The position numbers were made by a program, and so were the translations under genes. The notes beneath the pieces were generated by a model, which saw only the letters and a program-made list of their open reading frames with translations, was not told the origin of the DNA and did not search any database. 64,000 nt of DNA from a virus (Duplodnaviria > Caudoviricetes). The stretch's first letter is position 1. The number at the start of each line of letters is the position of its first letter. Positions 36,089-45,414 of this stretch are shown here, in pieces. The stretch spans positions 128,001 to 192,000 of the IMG/VR virus record IMGVR_UViG_2597490325_000001; one strand, given 5' to 3'.

Positions 36089-38683
36089 TTAATCTTCACC
36101 AGTAACCGTTATTACAAAATTATCCTGCATTAACATTTTAGATTTAACTGGTAATGAGGTAATGGGAACGGCTTTCTCTGAGCCAAAATCTGGTAGAGCG
36201 TCTATATAAAAGTTACCTTTTGTAGATTTAATAACTTCTTTCAATACATTGTATTCCTTAATAGAGTAATTAGCTAATTTCTTTTTAAATACGTCATTAA
36301 AGTTAATTTTATTCACACTATCCATAAATGACGAATAAGTCTGGAAATCTCTTAATTTAGCATTTTTATCATAGATGTGATATGTGGAATTAGGAACAAA
36401 ATTGTCATCAATTTCTAAGGTATCTGTAGAGAAATCATTATTATGGTAAGTAGTGTTAATTACCGGATAATCTCTTACAAATACAGTATCAAACTGATTA
36501 AAATATGAATTAGCTACCTTGATTTGATCGTACATATTGAACTTAATACTATCTTTCATAGTAAAAGTACCGTACCTTACCAAATCATCATGAATATTCA
36601 CTCTATCAAAGAGGTTAAACCATTTATTACTGTAAATGAAATCATAGAAGTAATCACCTTTAGGAATATAATCTCTTAATGGTAATACACTTATATTACG
36701 GAAACTATCTCGAAGATGTAAAATTTCTTTATAATGGAAATCGGCATTAAATACTTGCTTATCCTTGAAATAAATCCAGTCAGTAGTAACCTGTTTACCT
36801 AAGTAAGTAAAGATACTAGTAATATCATGTAAATGAACTTTATCATAATAATGGAAATTTCCTAAGAATACATATCTATCCCAAGTAGCACCAGTAACAT
36901 GGTCTTCAATGGGAATAATACTATCCATAGATTCCACACCGTCGAATATACGACCGTCTAGTTCTTCTTTAAGCACCATGAAAAAACTAAGTTCTCTAAG
37001 AGTTACAGTAAATGACTTAAATACTTCGATTACGTCTCTAAGATAACTGGAAAGGATATCTACAGATGTAGAACCAAAGAATAAATCCATATCATTGAGA
37101 TATGACTTAACTACATCAGTTACATACGTAATTTCACGTTCTATCTCAATTTGTCTTTCTTCAGGGTCTTCAATATTGCGAATAGCGTTAATGAAATTAT
37201 AAATGTCAATATTACGACTTAAAATGTAGTCTGTATAGGTTTCAGCTTTATTGAAGAGAGAATAATTAAGTTTTTGAGTAAAACGGGCATAATAAATCTG
37301 TTTTAACTGTTTATAGCGTTTATAATCAGTTTCAGTATGCAAAGCATCTTTGATATTAGAGTGGATACCAATATTGTAATCAAATACCTCTAAAGTTTTT
37401 TCCTTATCAAAAGAAGTTTCTTTAGTCATATCCTTAACTGGATATAAGTTAGGGTCTACTGGCTTGGTATTAACTATATCTACTGGATAGGTTATAGTAC
37501 CACTTCTATCTTTAAATTGATAGATGGATACAATATTCTCTAAATCATATTCAATGGTATCTACTACACCTTGATAATCGAGAGTCAAGATTTGTAAAAG
37601 AACTAAAGTATCTTCTAGAGTAATTGGATCCAAAGATATCTTAGATGCAGTAAAAGTCATGAATTCTTTACTACTATAACTTTCACGAATTTTACGTAAT
37701 AAATTTAAGAGATAAACTGTATTGAGACCTTCTTTAGCTAATTCAAAGCCTGACTCAATGGAGAAGTATTTAGATTGGACATAATCAAAATTGTATCTAG
37801 CAATTTCTGTATTAGTCGTTCTCCAAGTATCATCTCCAAGAGTTACATCAGCAATGGTGTTATCATTATAATCACCAGCTTTAATAGCTTTAGATAATGA
37901 ATCAATACGGATATTATGAGAGATAAAACGAGGGTTATTGATGATAGTGTTTGTACCATCAGTTTCCTTACGAGTCTCATCTCTTACTAAATAGTATTTA
38001 AAAATATTAATATTATCGAAATTAAAAATATCAAGAATATTAATAATAACTTTATCAGTACCCTTGTTTCTTATAAGCGAATTGATATTTTTTGCAATTT
38101 TCTGCTTATACTGTAAAGGTACTGATTTAAAATAACTGATACCGAATGACAAGATAAAATCATCAATCATTGATTCATTCATCATATCAATATCATATGG
38201 ATACTTCAACCAGTTATCAATGTAGTTAATTAATGCCATGATATTAATTGACATTAAACAGAAGTTTCTATAATTCTCTTCCGTTTCCATTGATTTAGCA
38301 TAGTTGGTAGCGTAGAAGTACGTTAAACACTTCTTATAAATTGGCCCATACTGACTTAGGTATGGATATGTAGTTTCCATATCACTATCAGTATAGATAA
38401 TATCTAAGTCTTTTGCTCTTCGACTAGTATAATATGGAATCTGATAAGTATCAAAAAGATTCTTATAGTAAGGGTTTAATTCTACATAATCATTGATGAT
38501 CTGCTGTCGTTCAGCTTCTGTATGATTATCCATTTTTAAATAAGCTGCCATATATTCTGAAGAGGCTTTCATAGAATTTTCAGTCTCTTGAGAATCAGCA
38601 GATAATTCATCTTTAAATACCATCTTGATAATATATTGAACTAGATTTTCAATATACTCAAGGGTATTATCATTTATTTTCAT
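36089..38683 (-). CDS. Baseplate wedge protein (gp7 / P2 I-like) with repetitive D-rich C-terminus
   Basis: 864 aa; DIDMM..FILSFG..KNINSLIRNKGT motif. Confidence 0.65.
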   Translation of the reverse strand: MKINDNTLEYIENLVQYIIKMVFKDELSADSQETENSMKASSEYMAAYLKMDNHTEAERQQIINDYVELNPYYKNLFDTYQIPYYTSRRAKDLDIIYTDSDMETTYPYLSQYGPIYKKCLTYFYATNYAKSMETEENYRNFCLMSINIMALINYIDNWLKYPYDIDMMNESMIDDFILSFGISYFKSVPLQYKQKIAKNINSLIRNKGTDKVIINILDIFNFDNINIFKYYLVRDETRKETDGTNTIINNPRFISHNIRIDSLSKAIKAGDYNDNTIADVTLGDDTWRTTNTEIARYNFDYVQSKYFSIESGFELAKEGLNTVYLLNLLRKIRESYSSKEFMTFTASKISLDPITLEDTLVLLQILTLDYQGVVDTIEYDLENIVSIYQFKDRSGTITYPVDIVNTKPVDPNLYPVKDMTKETSFDKEKTLEVFDYNIGIHSNIKDALHTETDYKRYKQLKQIYYARFTQKLNYSLFNKAETYTDYILSRNIDIYNFINAIRNIEDPEERQIEIEREITYVTDVVKSYLNDMDLFFGSTSVDILSSYLRDVIEVFKSFTVTLRELSFFMVLKEELDGRIFDGVESMDSIIPIEDHVTGATWDRYVFLGNFHYYDKVHLHDITSIFTYLGKQVTTDWIYFKDKQVFNADFHYKEILHLRDSFRNISVLPLRDYIPKGDYFYDFIYSNKWFNLFDRVNIHDDLVRYGTFTMKDSIKFNMYDQIKVANSYFNQFDTVFVRDYPVINTTYHNNDFSTDTLEIDDNFVPNSTYHIYDKNAKLRDFQTYSSFMDSVNKINFNDVFKKKLANYSIKEYNVLKEVIKSTKGNFYIDALPDFGSEKAVPITSLPVKSKMLMQDNFVITVTGED

Positions 38684-39032
38684 TACTAGAACCCTTTTCT
38701 AATTCTGCAGCCATTCCATCATAAATCTTAAAGGTGGAACCTAAAGATTTATAGCAACCAATATGACCTTTCTGAAGACTATTAATTGCAGATAATAATT
38801 CTTGCTCAGGAATATTTACATTCTGAGGGTCGGCTTTATACTTGGCTAATGACGGAATAAGTTCATATAGAGATTTAGGTTTAGGGCAGCTTTGTTTAAT
38901 ATTTTCTTTATCTAGCTTAGGAACTACAATTTCAGTTTTGGTAACTACTCGATCTACATATTCAACCTTTGGAGCACAACCAGCTAATACGATAAAAGAA
39001 GTTAATGCTAGTGCTTTAATAATGGTTTTCAT
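38670..39032 (-). CDS. Outer-membrane lipoprotein, o-spanin-like
   Basis: Signal peptide II with LAGC lipobox; Pro/Cys-containing mature part; follows the i-spanin-like gene. Confidence 0.75.
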   Translation of the reverse strand: MKTIIKALALTSFIVLAGCAPKVEYVDRVVTKTEIVVPKLDKENIKQSCPKPKSLYELIPSLAKYKADPQNVNIPEQELLSAINSLQKGHIGCYKSLGSTFKIYDGMAAELEKGSSNENK

Positions 39033-39464
39033 TTACAGATCCTCAAGATTATCAACTACAGTATCAAAATTATCAGCGATTTTTACTAAAGCTTTGGAAG
39101 ACTCTTTACTGATTACTTTATCAGCTGGAACTTCTTTGATAATAACTTCAACATTTGATTTGTCGATGTCATTAAGTTTATTGTCTTCTGCTTTTAAGTT
39201 AGCAATCTCTGTCTGTTGAATGGCATTTGCAGCCTCTAATTTTTTATTCTTATCTTGCTCAGCTTTTAGTGCAGCTTCTAATTGGTCTGATACAAGTTTC
39301 TGAGCAGTGTACTTACCTTCCCACTCAGTTGATGCTTTTGCGTTATCTGCAATGCCGTTTAAAAATAAACCAATAACTACCACTACGATAGCTATGCAGA
39401 TTGCAAGGATAATATTCTTATATGAGGACACAAAATTATTTAGTATACTGTCCATTCTCTTCAC
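39033..39464 (-). CDS. Inner-membrane i-spanin-like protein
   Basis: One N-terminal TM helix, then coiled coil. Confidence 0.7.
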   Translation of the reverse strand: MKRMDSILNNFVSSYKNIILAICIAIVVVVIGLFLNGIADNAKASTEWEGKYTAQKLVSDQLEAALKAEQDKNKKLEAANAIQQTEIANLKAEDNKLNDIDKSNVEVIIKEVPADKVISKESSKALVKIADNFDTVVDNLEDL

Positions 39465-39499
39465 CTTTAAGGTATATGATTCGTTATTTTATTGAAAAA

Positions 39500-39525
39500 C
39501 TATATAGATGTTAACATGAATATAG
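39500..39525. promoter_or_regulatory. Back-to-back divergent late promoters
   Basis: CTA-TATAGA-TGTT|AACA-TGAATA-TAG. Confidence 0.85.
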
Positions 39526-39556
39526 TTTAACTTATAGAAAATATAGGCATCTTATA

Positions 39557-40267
39557 ATGAGTTCTAAACAATTTGTCTTTCCCTTAGACAAAAAGAAATT
39601 TTCTTCTAAGCCACTTATGTATGCTTACATTGAAGAAAATTATTCGAATATGCTAAGCGAAGAAATGTCTCCAGCGAGATTATATTTTAATCTTAAATAT
39701 AATAAAACTCATGGTAAATCAGTTATATCTGGAAAACCTACTCCTTGGAATGAGGTCACTGAAAGATATGAACGTTTTGCTAATGAAGAAGAACGTAAAG
39801 AATATCGTCAGATGTTCAGATCTAGAATGATTAAAAAGTATGGTAAGGATCATATTCTGGATGAGCCTGAGCAGCAAAAGGTAATGCTTCAAAATCGTTC
39901 TATTTCTAAAGAGTATAAATGGTGTGATGGAAGTATTTCTGTAGTTAATAGTCAGTATGAATATGATTTTCTTAACTTTGTGGAAAGCGTATATCGTTTT
40001 GATAAGAATTGCTTTACTGAACCACCTACAATTTACTACAAAGATGGTAGTAATATGAACTTTTACCTTCCAGATTTTTACATTCCTTCATTGAATTTAA
40101 TTATCGAAGTAAAAGGTTCTAATGGCCATTATCAGAATAGAGACTCTTACAAAGAGAAACTCAAAGCTGAAGCTACTATCAAAGAAGGTTTTAATTTTAT
40201 TCAGTTAAATGATAGAAATTATACACCATTCAATATATTTTTCAAAAAACAAGTTCTAGATAACTAA
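39557..40267 (+). CDS. TnsA-N / T4 gp4-like PD-(D/E)XK nuclease
   Basis: SQYEYDFL, FYLPDFYIPSLNLIIEVKG; late promoter. Confidence 0.7.
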   Translation: MSSKQFVFPLDKKKFSSKPLMYAYIEENYSNMLSEEMSPARLYFNLKYNKTHGKSVISGKPTPWNEVTERYERFANEEERKEYRQMFRSRMIKKYGKDHILDEPEQQKVMLQNRSISKEYKWCDGSISVVNSQYEYDFLNFVESVYRFDKNCFTEPPTIYYKDGSNMNFYLPDFYIPSLNLIIEVKGSNGHYQNRDSYKEKLKAEATIKEGFNFIQLNDRNYTPFNIFFKKQVLDN

Positions 40268-40299
40268 GTTTTAGAAAAATTACACACAAGGTTCTACCA

Positions 40300-40971
40300 A
40301 TGACCAAAGTATCTTACTCCGACATTAAAAGATTACTTACTACAGGTAGTTTAGAATTTAATATTTCTGATGATATTTATTTCATTAAAGATAATGTATA
40401 TAATAATTTAATTAATAATTTAAATAAAATAAATAAATATTCTTATCCTGTTATTGATAATGAAAAAGTATTAGATAAAGCTTCTTATACTAATAGAATT
40501 ATTCAAATGGATAGATTTATTAGAAATCACTTCTTTGATGGATGTTTAATTGATTTTAGTGAAAATAACTATCATATTTTAGATAAAAGATTTATATTTA
40601 ATGGTATTATCGGTTTAAAACCTAGATTCATCAGTAAATTTTATACAATTAATGAAAATAGTGATAATTTTTTAAAGAAATTATACAAAAACACTATGAA
40701 TCTTATTTGTAGAAGAAGAATGTTAACTTCCAAACAAGGTGATACTAAAGTATTAGATTTAGCTATTAAAATTAAGTCTAATGTGGATACTCACCTAGCC
40801 TGTATAATCTCAATTAAAGATCGTTATAAAGATTGTGGAGCAGTTATTGTAAATAATATAACTTTTTTAAGAGCTGGCACTGAAATTGACTCAGTAATAG
40901 TTCACATGAAAGAAACAAAACCGCTATACAATTTAATAGATATGATCGATATCGAATTTGTTATTTTATAG
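40300..40971 (+). CDS. Hypothetical protein
   Basis: 223 aa, very AT-rich. Confidence 0.65.
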   Translation: MTKVSYSDIKRLLTTGSLEFNISDDIYFIKDNVYNNLINNLNKINKYSYPVIDNEKVLDKASYTNRIIQMDRFIRNHFFDGCLIDFSENNYHILDKRFIFNGIIGLKPRFISKFYTINENSDNFLKKLYKNTMNLICRRRMLTSKQGDTKVLDLAIKIKSNVDTHLACIISIKDRYKDCGAVIVNNITFLRAGTEIDSVIVHMKETKPLYNLIDMIDIEFVIL

Positions 40972-40980
40972 GAAACAATC

Positions 40981-41376
40981 ATGCCATTTTTCTTAAAAGA
41001 AAATCTTGATGAAGAACCTACCGAAGTATTTACTGAAGAAGAAGTAGATACTATCTTTGGTAACTTCATTGCTTATGCTGAACGTAAACTCAAGGGTTAT
41101 TCTACTAAGGAAATTGATATCTTAGCTAATAGAGCTAAGAAATTAAATTCCGAAGAAGTTAAGCGTGACCTTTTATCAAGAATCGATGCTGCTAAAAAAG
41201 CTGCTAATGAAGCTCTTCAAAAAGCCGAATCTGGTAGCGATAAGTATCGTGAATTGCGTCTTCAAATTCAGGTTTTAGGTGAATTAAACTCTAAGGTTAA
41301 GTCCTTTAAGATTACTAAATATGATGAACCTGAGAAAAAAGACGACCGTGACGTAATTGACCTTGATCACAACTAA
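40981..41376 (+). CDS. Small helical putative head protein
   Basis: 131 aa; FLKE and FTEE sites at the N-terminus. Confidence 0.55.
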   Translation: MPFFLKENLDEEPTEVFTEEEVDTIFGNFIAYAERKLKGYSTKEIDILANRAKKLNSEEVKRDLLSRIDAAKKAANEALQKAESGSDKYRELRLQIQVLGELNSKVKSFKITKYDEPEKKDDRDVIDLDHN

Positions 41377-41387
41377 AAGGTAGTGAA

Positions 41388-41855
41388 ATGGATAACGTAG
41401 AAGTAGAAGGACTAGATTTCGTTAGTGCTACTGCAGAATCTACCAAAATCGAAACTACTTTGACATTAAATGCCTTTGGTACTACTCAAAACTATACGGA
41501 ATTACAAGCATTAGCTAAACGAATCCAATCACTCATCTTACTGGAACCTGGAACTAATCCAGCTAATATTGAGATGGGTGTCGGAATCCGTAATTACGTT
41601 ACTGAGTTTATGGATGATATTACTTTAACTAGATTAAGTAGAGTAACTCTAGATCAAGTTAATAAGTTTATCCCAACTCAGTTAGTAAAAGATATTACCT
41701 ATGGTAGAGGTAGTGGTGTCTACAGTAGCTTTGTATTTTGTTATGTATACATAAATATGACTAGTCAAGAGTTTCAGAAAAATATTTTAGCAATTTCTTT
41801 CAACTCTTCTAGTCCTGCATACACAACTACAATTGAAAGCGAAATCTTCATATAA
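41388..41855 (+). CDS. Baseplate gp25-like protein
   Basis: IQSLILLEPGTNP..IEMGVGIRNY motif. Confidence 0.75.
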   Translation: MDNVEVEGLDFVSATAESTKIETTLTLNAFGTTQNYTELQALAKRIQSLILLEPGTNPANIEMGVGIRNYVTEFMDDITLTRLSRVTLDQVNKFIPTQLVKDITYGRGSGVYSSFVFCYVYINMTSQEFQKNILAISFNSSSPAYTTTIESEIFI

Positions 41856-41875
41856 ATCATAAATCTTTTTATAAA

Positions 41876-41911
41876 ATGAGATAGTCTAAACTTTAAATTA
41901 GACTATCTCAT
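41876..41911 (+). promoter_or_regulatory. Hairpin with embedded late-promoter variant
   Basis: ATGAGATAGTCTAA-actttaaa-TTAGACTATCTCAT; AACT-TTAAAT-TAG at 41889-41901. Confidence 0.55.
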
Positions 41912-41946
41912 ATTCTTTTTACTAGTAAAAATAAGGAATACTTTTC

Positions 41947-43374
41947 ATGTCCGATATGAAATCTATCGAAGAATTGGCACAGGGTGGCGATTTAGCTGCC
42001 ATGTTGCAGCAGCAACCTATTGAATCTTTCTCACAAGATGCTACTTCAGCTCCAGTTAATACTGTCAATCAACCTGCTCAAGAAGCCCCACAAGAGCTTT
42101 CAGTAGAGCAACCAGTACAAACTGAAATTTCAGCTCCAGAAGAAGCTGTAGAAATTCCTAACCTCAATGAGAGTCTTTCTGAATCAGTAGCTAATCCAGA
42201 AAGTAATATTGAAGCTCCTACTACTGTTGCTACTAATGTAGCTGAAGATAATGCCAATGAAATCATTATTGAAGCATCTTTGATCGAATTTGATAAAGAT
42301 GATGACGATTATACTTCAGAGAAAAATATTCTCCGTGGTAAACCAGTTACTAAATCAACTGACAATGGCAATCGTATTAAAGAATTGCTTAAAAATGCTG
42401 TGGTTAGTAGCCTTGATAGCATTAATGTAATTCCTAAGTCAACTACGGCAAACAATCCTATGGCCGCGATGAATAATATGAACATGATTCATCAAGCTAG
42501 CGTCCATGTCACCTCTCCTGTAATCGCACTTAAAAGCGGTTATAGGGCTTTTATGAGCGCCTTGACAAACAATGAAAAGATTGCTGTTCGTAACATTTCT
42601 GGCTCTATCTACGAGCAAACTTCAAAGCTGGTCAATCTGGTCTATAGCAAGATCGCTGAAACCTCTTATGGAAGTAAGATGTCGTATGAAGAGTTTCTCC
42701 GCTTCACCGCTGAAGACGATTTCCAAACTTTAGCTTTCGGTATCTATGAAGCTACCTTCCCTAATAAGACTGAGTATTCTTTCCGCTGCCCACATTGTGG
42801 TACACAGCTTAAAGTGCCTCTGTTCCCTAAAGATATTATTCAGGTAGTCGATTATAAGCGTGGTCAGACTTACGTAGCAGAATTGCTGCGTAACTATGAA
42901 AAAGGTGCTGCGTTTATGCAGGAATCCCTGCTTAATAAACGTATTCGCATTCAGCTTCCAGACTCTATGTTTGTTGTAGAACTGAAAATTAACTCTATGG
43001 CTGAGTACTTAGAAGCTCTGCGTTTCATTGATAGCTATAAGGGTAAAGCTACTACTGAAATGCTGCATGTCGTGCGTCATATTCAGAAGCTTTACGTTCC
43101 AGATGTAGCTCTGTTGGAAAGTGGTTCTCTTGCATTTATCGAGATTACCGATCGTGGTCAGATTCTGACTGAACTGGATCGTCTTTCCGGTGATGATATG
43201 AAGAGTATCAATAAAGGTATCAGCGGAATGAATAACATGTTCCAAGTTGAATACCGTCTTCCTAAGATCAAAGCTTGCCCAGGCAAAGATTGTGGTAAAC
43301 CAATTGATACTGTAGGAGTTGATATTATTCAGATTCTTTTTACCGCTTCAATCGGGGAACTGATGGGCGAATAA
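41947..43374 (+). CDS. T4 gp26-like hub/tail assembly chaperone
   Basis: Disordered acidic N-terminus; ALKSG..ALTNNEK, DFQTLAFGIY..YSFRCPHCG, C-terminal CPGKDCG. Confidence 0.65.
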   Translation: MSDMKSIEELAQGGDLAAMLQQQPIESFSQDATSAPVNTVNQPAQEAPQELSVEQPVQTEISAPEEAVEIPNLNESLSESVANPESNIEAPTTVATNVAEDNANEIIIEASLIEFDKDDDDYTSEKNILRGKPVTKSTDNGNRIKELLKNAVVSSLDSINVIPKSTTANNPMAAMNNMNMIHQASVHVTSPVIALKSGYRAFMSALTNNEKIAVRNISGSIYEQTSKLVNLVYSKIAETSYGSKMSYEEFLRFTAEDDFQTLAFGIYEATFPNKTEYSFRCPHCGTQLKVPLFPKDIIQVVDYKRGQTYVAELLRNYEKGAAFMQESLLNKRIRIQLPDSMFVVELKINSMAEYLEALRFIDSYKGKATTEMLHVVRHIQKLYVPDVALLESGSLAFIEITDRGQILTELDRLSGDDMKSINKGISGMNNMFQVEYRLPKIKACPGKDCGKPIDTVGVDIIQILFTASIGELMGE

Positions 43375-43616
43375 TAGCTCAATCAGATAGTAAGTTTACC
43401 GAAGTAAATAAGTCCTATAAATTACAGCTTCAAGAACTTTGTGGATTATTGGATTTATTTGGCGGTAAAGTTAGTTTAAAAGATCTTTGTGATCTCCCGA
43501 TACCTTTCTTGAATGATATAAAAGATGCTCAAATTGAGTATCTTAAAGATAAGGCTGAAGCTGAAAAAGCCCTTATCGAAGCAGAAAAAAGAAAGAGCCA
43601 AAAACCGAAAAAGTAA
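43323..43616 (+). CDS. ATG-less -1 frame ORF, gp51/GT-like extension of the assembly chaperone
   Basis: 97 open codons overlapping the end of the upstream gene in the -1 frame; encodes LLDLFGGKVSLKDLCDLPIPFLNDIKDAQIEYLK; ends just before a terminator hairpin. Confidence 0.7.
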   Translation, partial: YYSDSFYRFNRGTDGRIIAQSDSKFTEVNKSYKLQLQELCGLLDLFGGKVSLKDLCDLPIPFLNDIKDAQIEYLKDKAEAEKALIEAEKRKSQKPKK

Positions 43617-43680
43617 ATTATAGTCGCTAATATCTAATTAAAAGGTATTAGCGGCTTTTTATTTCCATAGGAATAAAGAA

Positions 43681-45405
43681 ATGACGGATAAAACCGAAAA
43701 TGAATTCAAGACAAACGTCCGTGACGGTCAATTCTTAAATTCTTTAGTACACAATACCTTTAAAGAAATTAGAGATATTGTGAGTAAATCATATGGCCCT
43801 TTAGGTGCTAACACAATCATTGCAGATGTAAATAAGCCTAAAGTTACTAAAGATGGCTTCACTATTTTAAATTCAATCCGCTTTAACAAAGTTGAAGAAA
43901 TGTATATCTTCAATCTAATTAGGGCTATCTCTACCAAACTAGTGGATAAAGTTGGTGATGGTTCAACATCAGCTATTATGGCAGGTTATAATCTTTATGA
44001 TGAATTAGCTGATTTTGCATGTACCAACGACCAATATCGTATTAATGATGTTAAAAATGGTCTAACCAAGATTCAGGACATGTTAATTGACATCATTCAA
44101 AAAGAATTTAAAGTGTCTTATGATGAATTGTCAGAAGAGAGAAAACTTGAAGTTCTTAAACATGTGGCTACAGTCTCAAATAATAATGATGCCGATATTG
44201 GCGAGCAAATTGCAGATATCATGTATTCTTTATATAATGATAGCTGTCAGGTAGAATTAAAAGTTAACCCTAAAGACAATGCACCATTAATTGATTTTGA
44301 TGTCAAAAATGGATATAGTGAGAAGTCCTATCGTTTAGCCTCTCCAATAATCCTTTCTAAAATCGAAAAAGTAACTATTGAAGAACCATTTATTATTCAG
44401 TGTGACGGTATTCATGAACGTGAATATGCTAACATTGCAGTAATGCGCAACCAGTTAACTACTGAATATGGTAGTAATAAAGTATTGATTGTAATTTGCC
44501 AGTATATTGATCAAGATGTGTATAAAGAATATGTAAAATTCTTGGTTAAATCTACTGGAGGGAGTAGTAATACTATTCCTAATCTAATCATCATTGAATC
44601 CGGTATGCTATCATCTGCTGCAGATGTAGAGAAATTTAATGATCTTTCGGTATATTTGAATACATCTACTACTAAGGCTAACATGGCACTGTCTTACGTA
44701 GAAGATGATGAAAAAGACGATCCAATTCCAGAGAGTTCAAGCTATGTCGGTATGAGTAGAGAAGTGATCCTGATGAAAGATGCAGGTATTACTTTTGTAG
44801 GTGGATTTGGTGAGACTCAGAACAGAGAACGTTTTGATTCTCATATCAAAGAATTAGAAGAAAAGCTGGAAGAACTAAATTCTATTGAAACTGCTTCTCC
44901 AGAACGTGGTCGTATTAAGAACCGCCTAATGCGCCTAAATGGTTCTCTTATCCGAGTATTTGTAGGTGGACGTACTTTTGATGAGAAAGAGAATAATAAG
45001 TATCTAGTAGAAGATTCAATTTATGCATGTAAATCCGTTATTCAGGAAGGTTTTACTATTGGTAGTAATACTACTCCATTATATGCAACATGGATTCTTT
45101 TATCTAAAAGCGGCGCAGAAACAGATTTTAGTAGCCTAGAGCTAGATCTCTTATTAGGTGTACATAACGCATATACTAATCTGGTCAAAAGTAATGGTAA
45201 ATTGCTTGAAAGTAATATTCTTAGATCAGAAAATGTTGTAAATGCCCCTAAAGATAATCTTTATGTATATAACTTAGTAACTGATAAAGTTGAGAATATC
45301 AAAGATACTAAGATTCTTGCCCCTGTCAATACAGATATTGAAATTCTCAAGACCTCTTTCTCAATCATTACATTACTTCTTACTAGCAACCAAATTATTA
45401 TTTAA
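43681..45405 (+). CDS. groEL: Phage GroEL-like chaperonin
   Basis: KSYGPLG, VTKDGFTIL, VGDGSTSA, ATVSNNND, VGGRT..E...VEDSIYACKS. Confidence 0.95.
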   Translation: MTDKTENEFKTNVRDGQFLNSLVHNTFKEIRDIVSKSYGPLGANTIIADVNKPKVTKDGFTILNSIRFNKVEEMYIFNLIRAISTKLVDKVGDGSTSAIMAGYNLYDELADFACTNDQYRINDVKNGLTKIQDMLIDIIQKEFKVSYDELSEERKLEVLKHVATVSNNNDADIGEQIADIMYSLYNDSCQVELKVNPKDNAPLIDFDVKNGYSEKSYRLASPIILSKIEKVTIEEPFIIQCDGIHEREYANIAVMRNQLTTEYGSNKVLIVICQYIDQDVYKEYVKFLVKSTGGSSNTIPNLIIIESGMLSSAADVEKFNDLSVYLNTSTTKANMALSYVEDDEKDDPIPESSSYVGMSREVILMKDAGITFVGGFGETQNRERFDSHIKELEEKLEELNSIETASPERGRIKNRLMRLNGSLIRVFVGGRTFDEKENNKYLVEDSIYACKSVIQEGFTIGSNTTPLYATWILLSKSGAETDFSSLELDLLLGVHNAYTNLVKSNGKLLESNILRSENVVNAPKDNLYVYNLVTDKVENIKDTKILAPVNTDIEILKTSFSIITLLLTSNQIII

Positions 45406-45414
45406 GGAATACAC

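Noticed and set aside
39557-40267. TnsA-like nuclease as evidence of a Tn7 element
   Set aside because: No tnsB/tnsC or transposon ends; it sits under a phage late promoter among virion genes
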